Below are positions 51,648 to 60,138 of a stretch of 64,000 nucleotides of DNA, in pieces. Each line of letters begins with the position of its first letter. Position 1 is the first letter of the stretch. Both the position numbers and the translations under genes were made by a program. Origin of the DNA: Candidatus Omnitrophota bacterium (GTDB taxonomy: Bacteria; Omnitrophota; Gorgyraeia; Gygaellales; Profunditerraquicolaceae); assembly GCA_018825985.1 (NCBI GenBank), contig JAHKAP010000052.1:6373-70372 (forward strand). Direction: 5' to 3'. The notes below the pieces were generated by a model. It was not told where the DNA came from. It was given only the letters and a program-made list of their open reading frames with translations, and searched no databases.

Positions 51648-52028
51648 ATGATTTTAAAAAGAGCAATATCAAAGGCAGCCCCTTTTATCCAGGGCCTGCC
51701 TATTTTTTTTATTGTTTTTGCATTGGTATCAACTGCTGGCAGCCAGGAGGTTAATAAAAACGAAACTCCTCCTAAGGGGATGGAGATCAGGGATCTTGGT
51801 TCTGCCAGGGTGATAGTCCCTAAAGATATGAAGCTGACCGAAGGCAAGGGTATAATAATCCAAGAAGACCTGAGTGAATATGTAGCCCGGGCAATCGCCA
51901 ATATGCAGGAGGATATCGCTAAAGTCAAATCTACCCAGGATGAATTAGAAAAAGAAATCGCCGAAATAAAAAAGGATTTAGAGGCCAGCAAAGAAGAAAA
52001 TAAGAATAGCAAATCTAAAGGAGAATAA
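51648..52028 (+). CDS. Hypothetical exported protein with C-terminal coiled coil
   Basis: N-terminal hydrophobic segment; heptad-rich C-terminus. Confidence 0.6.
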   Translation: MILKRAISKAAPFIQGLPIFFIVFALVSTAGSQEVNKNETPPKGMEIRDLGSARVIVPKDMKLTEGKGIIIQEDLSEYVARAIANMQEDIAKVKSTQDELEKEIAEIKKDLEASKEENKNSKSKGE

Positions 52029-52038
52029 GGAGGCAGGT

Positions 52039-53904
52039 ATGTTAAAAAGAATAGCTGTTTTGGCGATATTAGCAACTTTCGGATTATTTTTTATGACCAA
52101 TGTTTCAGCCCAGGAAAAGATTAAAGTAGGCATTGTCCTTGCAAGTGACCAGCCGCATTATGTGGAAGGTATGAAAGGAGTCCTTTCGCAATTAAAAAAA
52201 GAAGGTTTTGATGAATCTAATGTAGATTTCGATATCCGCTATGGTGACGGTAAAGCGGAAAAAATCGTAGAGATAGTCAGCGATTTTAAGAAAAGAGGGG
52301 TTAATTTAATAATTCCTATAGGAACTGTGGCGGCTATTAATACATATAATGAGGCTAAGAATATCCCTATTGTTTTTTCTCTTGTTTTTGACCCCATTGG
52401 TTCAGGGATAGCTAAGGCTTGGGAGACCCCGGGCAGCAATGCCACTGGCAGTAGCAGTTGGGTTAGCATGATTTCCATAGTAAAGCTGTTAAAAAAGATT
52501 AGTCCGGGAAACCGAATAGGGGTTATTTATACCGAAAGAGAAAAGCAGACAGTCTTACAGCTAGAAGAATTTAAAAAGATTCAGAATAAAATGGAAATCT
52601 CAGTGGTACCGGTTGAATTATCTAAGCCTGAAGATGCCCAGGCTGTGACTAATGCCTTGGCAGGCAAGGTTGATTATATATTCATAACCGGAGGCACAGT
52701 GGTTGGCGAAGGTTTGAATGCAATTATAGAGGTGACTAAAAAATTAAAGATTCCCACCTCTACACATTTACCGGATAGGGCAGAGAGAGGAATATTATTA
52801 GCGATGGGCGCAGATAGGTTTCAACTCGGAGAGTTAGCAGGCAGAAAAGCCGCTCAAGTCCTGAGGGGCGGAAATCCGGCTTTTATACCGATAGAGACCC
52901 TGGAACAATACGATATAACTATTAATATGCAAACGGCAAAAGATATGGGCTTAGAGATTCCGGAGTCAATTTTAAAATCAGCCAAGGAGGTTATTCAGCC
53001 GGTATCAACCCCGAGAAAGATTAAAGTAGGCATAATATTACAGAGTAACCAGCCTCAACATCAGGCCTGCCTGAAAGGTATTTTGGAAGAATTAAAAAAA
53101 GAAGGTTTTGATGAAACAAGTGTGGATTTTGATATCCGTTATGGCTCGGTTGATAATAATGATATAATTATTGCGGCAATTAAAGATTTTAAAGAGAAAA
53201 AGGTGGATTTAATAATAACTACAGGCACTCCGACAACTATTGCCGCCTCCGAAGAGATTAAAGATATCCCGGTTGTTTTTACTCAGATGTTTGATCCCTT
53301 GGGCGCTAAGATAATCGACAGATGGGAAAGCTCAGGGAATAATTTTACCGGCAGCTCTAACTGGCTTGATTTGACTGCTTTAATAAAAACAATCCGGAAG
53401 ATTGTCCCGGGAAAGCGCATTGGGGTTTTATATAGCGAGAAAGAAATGAATAGCCTTTCTCAATTAACCCAATTTAAACTATTACAGGATAAATTGGGTT
53501 TTAAGTTAATCCCGGCTAATCTATTAAAATCCGAGGATGCCAAGGCTTTAGCCGAGCCTCTGATAGGCCAAGTAGATTCGGTATATATATCCGGAAGTAA
53601 TTTAGTAGGTGAGAATATAATGGTTATATTAGAGGTTCTTAATAAAGCCAAGATTCCTACTGTAGCCCATTTGCAAGGTAAGGCAGAACAAGGAGTTTTA
53701 TTAGTCCTGGCAGTAGATTCTGTTCAATTGGGGGCTTTGGCCGGTAGAAAAGCAGCCCAGGTCCTGCAAGGGATAAAGCCGTCTTTGATTCCCGTGGAGA
53801 CGTTGGAACAGTGGGATATAATAGTCAATTTAAAGACCGCTAAAAAAATCGGCTTAGAGATCCCGAGTGCATTTTTAAAAACAGCAAAGAAGATTATCGA
53901 ATAA
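52039..53904 (+). CDS. Tandem-duplicated ABC_sub_bind (TrpX-like) periplasmic binding protein
   Basis: Signal peptide; two ~300-aa repeats each starting KIKVGI and ending TAK..GLEIP...LK.AK.I. Confidence 0.85.
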   Translation: MLKRIAVLAILATFGLFFMTNVSAQEKIKVGIVLASDQPHYVEGMKGVLSQLKKEGFDESNVDFDIRYGDGKAEKIVEIVSDFKKRGVNLIIPIGTVAAINTYNEAKNIPIVFSLVFDPIGSGIAKAWETPGSNATGSSSWVSMISIVKLLKKISPGNRIGVIYTEREKQTVLQLEEFKKIQNKMEISVVPVELSKPEDAQAVTNALAGKVDYIFITGGTVVGEGLNAIIEVTKKLKIPTSTHLPDRAERGILLAMGADRFQLGELAGRKAAQVLRGGNPAFIPIETLEQYDITINMQTAKDMGLEIPESILKSAKEVIQPVSTPRKIKVGIILQSNQPQHQACLKGILEELKKEGFDETSVDFDIRYGSVDNNDIIIAAIKDFKEKKVDLIITTGTPTTIAASEEIKDIPVVFTQMFDPLGAKIIDRWESSGNNFTGSSNWLDLTALIKTIRKIVPGKRIGVLYSEKEMNSLSQLTQFKLLQDKLGFKLIPANLLKSEDAKALAEPLIGQVDSVYISGSNLVGENIMVILEVLNKAKIPTVAHLQGKAEQGVLLVLAVDSVQLGALAGRKAAQVLQGIKPSLIPVETLEQWDIIVNLKTAKKIGLEIPSAFLKTAKKIIE

Positions 53905-53924
53905 TTAAGGAGTAAATTAAAAAT

Positions 53925-55382
53925 ATGCAGCTGACCAAATTAAGCGCAAAAATATTAATTACAATTACTGGTTTAGTCCTGCTGCTTAGTGTAACATTAA
54001 TAAGTACTATTCAATTTACTCTTTCCAAAGAACTTCTGAGCGAACTTCAAAAAAGAGGCATCAGGGTAGCTAAAGATATTTCCAGGCAAGGAGCTAATTA
54101 TATACTGACTAACGATATATTGAATCTGCGGATATTGGTTAACGGGTATAAAAGGACAGATCCCGAGATAGCGTTTATATATGTTATAAATAAACAAGGC
54201 GACGTATTAGTCCATACCTTTAAAGAGGGTTTTCCCTTTGAACTAACAGGGCAAAAACACCTGGAATTCAAAACCTCCGATTTTTTGATTACGCCTGTGT
54301 TTATTGATAAAATTAAGTTTTTTAATATATCAGCTCCTATATTAAAGGAAAGTATTGGATGCGTCCATGTGGGTATTTCCGAGGCCTCTTTAAAGGCAGT
54401 TGTGAATAAAACTATTAAATTAATAACAATAATTGTTCTAGCGATTTTATTTATTATGGCTATTGTCGGAGTTATACTTTCATGGATAATTACCAGGCCA
54501 ATTTTGCAGCTGGTAAAAGTAGCCCAGGCTGTGGGTATGGGGGATTTAAATGCTAAAGTTGATATAAAATCCCAGGATGAATTAGGACAATTGGGAATGG
54601 CTTTTAATCAAATGACTAATGACTTGCAGAAAACCCAGGGCCAGCTTGTCCAGGCCGCCAAGATGGCTTCTATCGGCCAGTTGGCTGCCGGCTTAGCCCA
54701 CGAGATAAATAATCCTTTGACCGGAGTGGTTAATAATGTTCAATTAATTAAAATGATGGCCGCGCAGAAACCGGATTCTACCATATCTATGGTTGAGCTT
54801 AATGATATCTTGAACGCGATTGAGCAAGCGGGCTTACGCTGTAAAAAGATAACCCAGTCTTTATTGGATTTTTCTCACGCCTCCAAAGCTGTTTTTAAGC
54901 CTGTGTCTATAAATGAGCTAGTTGAAAATACCGTTGGCCTTATTAACCAGGAATTGAAATTGCAGAATATTGTTATCCGGGTCGAACCTGAGTTCGGGCT
55001 TCCTCTTATCTACGGTAATTCTCAGCTTCTCCAGCAGGTATTAATGAATCTGATTACTAACGCCCAATGGGCTATAAAGAAGAAATCCGGAGCTGCCAGG
55101 GGTTTAATTATCATAAAAACATTTAGCAGCCGCCAGGATAATCAGGTTTATATCGAAGTTATTGATACAGGCGTAGGAATGCCTGCGGATGTGCTGGCCA
55201 AGATATTTGAGCCTTTTTTTACCACTAAAGATGTCGGCGAAGGCACAGGTTTAGGTTTAAGCGTGCTTTTTGGCATCATTAAGGATCATCGAGGTTTAAT
55301 AAAAGCAGAAAGCCAGCCAGGCCTTGGCTCAACCTTTACGATATCCTTACCTGTTCTTCAGGAAGGTAAACAGGGAGGTTAA
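53925..55382 (+). CDS. Membrane sensor histidine kinase (HAMP, NtrB-like HisKA/HATPase)
   Basis: 2 TM segments, DELGQL..AFN.M, LAHEINNPL, NLITNA, IFEPFFTTK and GTGLGL motifs. Confidence 0.93.
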   Translation: MQLTKLSAKILITITGLVLLLSVTLISTIQFTLSKELLSELQKRGIRVAKDISRQGANYILTNDILNLRILVNGYKRTDPEIAFIYVINKQGDVLVHTFKEGFPFELTGQKHLEFKTSDFLITPVFIDKIKFFNISAPILKESIGCVHVGISEASLKAVVNKTIKLITIIVLAILFIMAIVGVILSWIITRPILQLVKVAQAVGMGDLNAKVDIKSQDELGQLGMAFNQMTNDLQKTQGQLVQAAKMASIGQLAAGLAHEINNPLTGVVNNVQLIKMMAAQKPDSTISMVELNDILNAIEQAGLRCKKITQSLLDFSHASKAVFKPVSINELVENTVGLINQELKLQNIVIRVEPEFGLPLIYGNSQLLQQVLMNLITNAQWAIKKKSGAARGLIIIKTFSSRQDNQVYIEVIDTGVGMPADVLAKIFEPFFTTKDVGEGTGLGLSVLFGIIKDHRGLIKAESQPGLGSTFTISLPVLQEGKQGG

Positions 55383-55383
55383 T

Positions 55384-55761
55384 ATGGCGGATATTACTTC
55401 CAAGAAGATTTTGGTGATTGATGACGAAGAAGATGTCCAGATTTATCTGGGCAATATTTTAAAACGGCACAATTATAACGTTATTGTGGCCGCTAACGGC
55501 AGTAATGGCCTGGATTTAGCTAAAAAAGAATTGCCGGATCTGATTGTCCTGGATATTATGCTTCCGGATATTGAAGGCGGTGACGTAGCCAGTAAGCTCT
55601 CAGAGGACCCGGCTACCAGGAATATTCCGGTTATATTCTTAACTGCTTTGATCCGCAAACAAGAAGAAGAAAAGATGATGAAGACCGGGAACCGCTATAT
55701 CCTGGCTAAGCCGGCGATGAAAGAAGAGATCCTGGGCTTGATCGCTAAGATCCTGGGGTAA
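55384..55761 (+). CDS. Single-domain response regulator (start probably ATG 55384)
   Basis: ILVIDDE, PDLIVLDIMLP, FLTA and AKP motifs; GGAGG SD. Confidence 0.9.
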   Translation: MADITSKKILVIDDEEDVQIYLGNILKRHNYNVIVAANGSNGLDLAKKELPDLIVLDIMLPDIEGGDVASKLSEDPATRNIPVIFLTALIRKQEEEKMMKTGNRYILAKPAMKEEILGLIAKILG

Positions 55762-55772
55762 TCAAATTTAAT

Positions 55773-56144
55773 ATGCCTAAGAAGACAATCTTAGTAGTTG
55801 ATAACAAGCCGGATATTTTAGAATTCTTACAGAAAAGACTGGAGTCTCAGGATTATCAAGTAATTACCGCTTCCGATGGCGTTGAAGGCCTTAAAAAGGC
55901 TATCAGCCAAGAAATAGACTTAGTCTTGTTAGATATTGCCATGCCTAAGAAAGACGGTTTTGCTATGCTTAAAGAACTAAAGTCCCAGGAGGCGACTAAG
56001 GATATACAGGTAATTATCGTTTCGGCTAAAAGAGAGACTAAATCTATATTGGAAGGACAAAATTTAGGCAGTTTTGATTATTTCCTTAAGCCTTTTAATT
56101 TCGAAGAATTAATTAAGCATATCAAAAGGTGTGTCTGGAGTTAA
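55773..56144 (+). CDS. Single-domain response regulator
   Basis: ILVVDN, LLDIAMP, VSA and KPF motifs. Confidence 0.9.
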   Translation: MPKKTILVVDNKPDILEFLQKRLESQDYQVITASDGVEGLKKAISQEIDLVLLDIAMPKKDGFAMLKELKSQEATKDIQVIIVSAKRETKSILEGQNLGSFDYFLKPFNFEELIKHIKRCVWS

Positions 56145-56145
56145 A

Positions 56146-56210
56146 AAAAACGGGGTCAGAATTATTTTTTAAGACAAATACGGTGAAAAAATAATTCTGA
56201 CCCCGTTTTT
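56146..56210. repeat. Long palindrome (GGGGTCAGAATTA family), bidirectional terminator between convergent genes
   Basis: Perfect 25-bp inverted arms; second family copy at 62491-62548. Confidence 0.85.
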
Positions 56211-57345
56211 ATTTAAGATAATCTAAGATAATTTTGGCGGCACGGATTGCTGCGCCAGGCGAGCCTAACTGATACTTAACTTCAGCCAGCCCTTTAGTCA
56301 TTTCATCTATTTCGGAAGGGTTGTTCAATAAGGCGATTGCTTCCTTAGCGATCTTCTCCGGTTTTGCTTGATACTGGATAAATTCAGGGATTATTGACCT
56401 GTCTGCCACAAGGTTTACCATTCCGATAAAAGGAACTTTTACCAAAGGACGGTATAAAAAATAATTCAGCCAGCTCATTTTATAGATTATAAAAAAAGGC
56501 TTCTTCATGATCGTGGTTTCTAAAGTAGCGGTCCCGGAACAGACTAAAGCGAAATCCGCGGCCTCCAGGCAATCATATGTCCTGGCCTCGACTATCCTTA
56601 AATCAAAACCCGGATTTTCTGTCAATCGTTCATATATAGAAATATCGACTTGAGCTGATTTAGCGATAATAAACTGGGTATTTTTAATCCTTTGATTTAT
56701 TAACCCGGCGGACTCAAGCATTATCGGCAGGATATTCTCGATCTCCTGTTTGCGGGAACCAGGCAAAAGAGCGATAGTGATATTTGTTTGGGATAATTTT
56801 ATATTCTCAAGTATCATTGTTCTTTGTTTCTGCGGTTTGACAATATCCAACAGGGGATGTCCGGTAAAATCAACCCTTAGGCCCTGGCGCAGGTAAAAAT
56901 CCTCCTCGAATTTAAAAAGAACGACCATCCGATGAATATATTTTTTTATAGTTTTTATCCTGCCCGGCCGGCTGGCCCAGACCTGAGGGGAGACATAATA
57001 TATGACCGGGATCTTTTTATTGATTGCTTTAGCCAGCCTGAGGTTGAATCCGGAGAAATCCACCAGGATTATCCCTGAAGGCTTTACTTCATCAATTTTC
57101 TTAAGGATTAATTCTTTTAAGGCTAGGAATTTGGGGAGTTTTTTCAGGGCGTCAAAAAAACCGAATACGGCTAATTCTTTAATATCGCAATAAATCTCAG
57201 CGGCAGTTTCACTTAATGAATTTCCTCCCACCCCGGAGATTCTAATTTGTGGGTCAATTTTCTTGATAGCCCTGGCCAGCTCTCCGGCAAGCAGATCGCC
57301 TGAGGGTTCTCCGCAGATTATCAGGATCTCTTTTGTTTGCGCCAT
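56209..57345 (-). CDS. lpxB: Lipid-A-disaccharide synthase
   Basis: GEPSGD, YYVSPQVWA, GHPLLD, LPGSR and SGTATLE motifs. Confidence 0.95.
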   Translation of the reverse strand: MAQTKEILIICGEPSGDLLAGELARAIKKIDPQIRISGVGGNSLSETAAEIYCDIKELAVFGFFDALKKLPKFLALKELILKKIDEVKPSGIILVDFSGFNLRLAKAINKKIPVIYYVSPQVWASRPGRIKTIKKYIHRMVVLFKFEEDFYLRQGLRVDFTGHPLLDIVKPQKQRTMILENIKLSQTNITIALLPGSRKQEIENILPIMLESAGLINQRIKNTQFIIAKSAQVDISIYERLTENPGFDLRIVEARTYDCLEAADFALVCSGTATLETTIMKKPFFIIYKMSWLNYFLYRPLVKVPFIGMVNLVADRSIIPEFIQYQAKPEKIAKEAIALLNNPSEIDEMTKGLAEVKYQLGSPGAAIRAAKIILDYLK

Positions 57346-58253
57346 ATCTGTTCTTGGATAATGAGGCTGACTTTAAGAGCCTCCCGCGCCACTGTCCCGG
57401 ATACGAGAGCCTCCCGGTGCTCTTTAACGCAGTCAATAAAAGAGGAGAGTTCTTTTTGCAGGGGTTGTTCTTTTTCAATCGGCAGGTCAAGTTTGGTGAT
57501 ATTCATCCCAGTTTTTGTGAATACAGAGGCTTTTGCTTCCTTGTAATCCAAGGATATATAGGTGTTTTCCTGGAAGATCCGGATCTTGCGCATTACTTCG
57601 TCAGATACCCGGCTGGCAGTAAGATTGGCAACGCAGCCGTTTTTAAAAGTTATCCGGGCATTGGCAATATCCTCAAAGGGGGTGAGCACCCCTATGCCTA
57701 CGGATTCAATTTTTTTAATTTTCGAGGGAACCAGCCCCAATATAATATCGATGTCATGGATCATTATGTCCATTACCGCGCCCACATCCAGGGAACGGTT
57801 AGGGAACGGGCTTAAGCGGTGGCACTCGATAAATTTAGGATTATGGATTATTTCCTGGACTGCCTTAAACGCGGAATTAAACCTTTCGATATGCCCTACC
57901 TGCAGGATGAGTTTATTCTTTCGGGCGAGCCTGATAAGGGAATCAGCCTCTTTAAGATCGGTAGTAAATGGTTTCTCTACCAGGGCGTGTATATTATGTT
58001 TTAAAAAATCAAGGGCAATTTTATAATGTAATTTTGTGGGCACGGCAATGCTGACCGCGTCAACTTTTCCGAAAAGTTGACGGTAATCATTAAACCCGGG
58101 TACGCCCAGCTCTCGGGTCAATTTATCTAATGCTTGAGGATTGGTGTCGCAGATCCCTGCCAGCCGGCAATTCCCGATTTCTTTATAGATTTTTGCGTGC
58201 AGGCTTCCCAGGTATCCTGTGCCGATTACCGCTACTTTGATCACTTCTGTCAT
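57321..58253 (-). CDS. gnnA: Gfo/Idh/MocA oxidoreductase, GnnA-like UDP-GlcNAc 3-dehydrogenase (start probably ATG 58253, leaderless)
   Basis: IG.GYLG..HA, VEKPF, GHIERFN and DIMIHDID motifs; adjacent to lpxB. Confidence 0.75.
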   Translation of the reverse strand: MTEVIKVAVIGTGYLGSLHAKIYKEIGNCRLAGICDTNPQALDKLTRELGVPGFNDYRQLFGKVDAVSIAVPTKLHYKIALDFLKHNIHALVEKPFTTDLKEADSLIRLARKNKLILQVGHIERFNSAFKAVQEIIHNPKFIECHRLSPFPNRSLDVGAVMDIMIHDIDIILGLVPSKIKKIESVGIGVLTPFEDIANARITFKNGCVANLTASRVSDEVMRKIRIFQENTYISLDYKEAKASVFTKTGMNITKLDLPIEKEQPLQKELSSFIDCVKEHREALVSGTVAREALKVSLIIQEQIWRKQKRS

Positions 58254-58298
58254 AATATGAATGATAACAAATCCGGCTTTGGGTTGCAAGATAAATTA

Positions 58299-58368
58299 TT
58301 AAATGGGGACAGCGACTATTTTTTCTCCCCCCTATTTGTGGAGAAAAATAGTCGCTGTCCCCATTTAA
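58299..58368. repeat. Long GGGGACAG-type palindrome between divergent promoters
   Basis: TTAAATGGGGACAGCGACTATTTTT / AAAAATAGTCGCTGTCCCCATTTAA. Confidence 0.8.
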
Positions 58369-58411
58369 ATTTTGCTTGATATTTAGGCATATCATATTAT
58401 CATATAACTAT

Positions 58412-59008
58412 ATGAATATTCAGAGGGTTAAGAAAAAAAATCCTGCTGGGCTTACCCCCGTACCTTTTATATATTTAAATAGTTTTAGAATAGTAAAGTA
58501 TTTAAAGCGATTGAATGTAAAAAAGGTGCGGGGACTTACCATTATTGAATTAATAATGGTAATTATTATAATCGGTATTTTAGCGGTTTTAGCCCTGCCC
58601 CGTTTTGACAGTTTTTATGAGATTAAACTTAATGGCGCGGTCAAGAAAGTAATTTCAGATATAAGATATGCCCAGCAAATAGCTATCTCCCACCACACGG
58701 ATTACCGGGTAAATTTCTCCGGGAATAGTTATAATGTCCGCCGGGTTTCTGACGGAGCGTACGCTATCAGCCCTTTTACCCGCGGGGATCTGACAATAAA
58801 TTTTAATACCGATCAGCAATATAAAGGAATAACTATCAGCGGCCCGAATTTCGCAGGTACCACGGATTTAAGATTTAATTGGCTGGGGAATCCTCAAGGC
58901 GGCACAGGTGGAAATTTGACTATTGCCGGGCAGGTCACCTTTTCGTATCAAGGGAACTCTTTGACTATTTACGTTGAGCCTGGAACAGGAAGAGTGAGCG
59001 CGCAATGA
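58412..59008 (+). CDS. Type IV pilin-like protein (FimT/GspH-like) with extended leader
   Basis: RG|LTIIELIMVIIIIGILA class III signal; DIRYAQQIA. Confidence 0.85.
   Translation: MNIQRVKKKNPAGLTPVPFIYLNSFRIVKYLKRLNVKKVRGLTIIELIMVIIIIGILAVLALPRFDSFYEIKLNGAVKKVISDIRYAQQIAISHHTDYRVNFSGNSYNVRRVSDGAYAISPFTRGDLTINFNTDQQYKGITISGPNFAGTTDLRFNWLGNPQGGTGGNLTIAGQVTFSYQGNSLTIYVEPGTGRVSAQ
58448..58540. mobile_element. 84-bp in-frame MITE-like insertion at the prepilin cleavage site, copy 1
   Basis: GGGCTTACC...GGACTTACC direct repeats 84 bp apart; CCCCGTACCTTTT/AAAAGGTGCGGGG inverted ends. Confidence 0.6.
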
Positions 59009-59532
59009 AACAAAAAGGTCTAACTTTAATTGAAATGGTGGCGATAATCGTAATTTTAGGATTGACGATCCCCGTGCTTCTGACAATGTGGGCGGATGTG
59101 GCCTGGCGTTCAGCCCGCTCCGAGCAATTAGCCGACGCAACTTTTTACGCCCAGCAATTAATGGAGGAAGTTAGGTCTAAGAGGTTCGACGATAAATCCG
59201 GCCAGCCCTGGACCAACAGCGCTAGTTTTGGTGTGGATACCGGAGAAAGCAGTTCAAACAGTGCCGGGTTTGACGATATCGATGATTTTATAGGCTCTAC
59301 CGATACTAATATTACCACTCCAACTCCGGGTTTTACCCGCTCCGTAACTATGGACTATGTAAGGATTCCGGCTAATAATACCTGGACAAGTTGCGGGGCT
59401 ACGGTTTGTAGCACAACTTTCAATTGTACTTTATGCGCTGCCTGCTGCTATAAGCGGATCCAGGTTTCTGTAGCCAGTAATATTCCTAACGCCGGCAACG
59501 CCACCCTGGTAACTATAATGAGCAGTTACTAA
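59005..59532 (+). CDS. Type IV minor pilin (PilV/GspI-like)
   Basis: MKQKG|LTLIEMV; FDDIDDF; Cys-rich C-terminal part. Confidence 0.85.
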   Translation: MKQKGLTLIEMVAIIVILGLTIPVLLTMWADVAWRSARSEQLADATFYAQQLMEEVRSKRFDDKSGQPWTNSASFGVDTGESSSNSAGFDDIDDFIGSTDTNITTPTPGFTRSVTMDYVRIPANNTWTSCGATVCSTTFNCTLCAACCYKRIQVSVASNIPNAGNATLVTIMSSY

Positions 59533-59536
59533 AAAT

Positions 59537-60130
59537 ATGGACATGAAGAGCAAGAAATCTGATTCCGGACTTACCCCCGCACATTCTAAATATTTAATTT
59601 TTTTTAAATTAGCAAAGCCTTTAAAACGATTGAATACCAAAAAGGCGCGGGGGTTTACCCTGATCGAGGCGATAATGGTTATTGTGATCGTGGGTATTTT
59701 AGCTGGCGGCTCCTCAATGTATATAAAACAGGTTATAAACTTATGGAGTTTTCAGAATTTCCGCGAGGAAGCGGTTTCGCAAGGCCGGATCGCTCTAATC
59801 AGGATTTCCCGAGAGATCCGCCAGATCAAAGATCCATATTCGGTAAATGCAGCTAATCAGACGGTTTTTTCTTTTGTGGATTACAATAATAATACGATCA
59901 GCTATAGCCTCTCAGGCACTGCCCTAAACCGTAATTCCAACCTTCTGATCTCAGGAGTGAATAATCTCGCCTTTTCCTATTACGATGATAATAACCAGCC
60001 GGTTGTTTCGCCAACCCTGGCTCCTTACAGGACAAATATCTATAGGATAAATATAGATTTTCAAGTTCAATCCGGCGGCCAAACCAAGAATTTAAAAACT
60101 CAGGTCTGGCCGAGGAATTTTATTTATTAG
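59537..60130 (+). CDS. Type IV minor pilin (PilW/GspJ-like) with extended leader
   Basis: RG|FTLIEAIMV; RISREIR; C-terminal PRN. Confidence 0.85.
   Translation: MDMKSKKSDSGLTPAHSKYLIFFKLAKPLKRLNTKKARGFTLIEAIMVIVIVGILAGGSSMYIKQVINLWSFQNFREEAVSQGRIALIRISREIRQIKDPYSVNAANQTVFSFVDYNNNTISYSLSGTALNRNSNLLISGVNNLAFSYYDDNNQPVVSPTLAPYRTNIYRINIDFQVQSGGQTKNLKTQVWPRNFIY
59567..59659. mobile_element. 84-bp in-frame MITE-like insertion at the prepilin cleavage site, copy 2
   Basis: GGACTTACC...GGGTTTACC 84 bp apart; 58/75 nt identical to copy 1 without gaps. Confidence 0.6.
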
Positions 60131-60138
60131 CAAAAATT

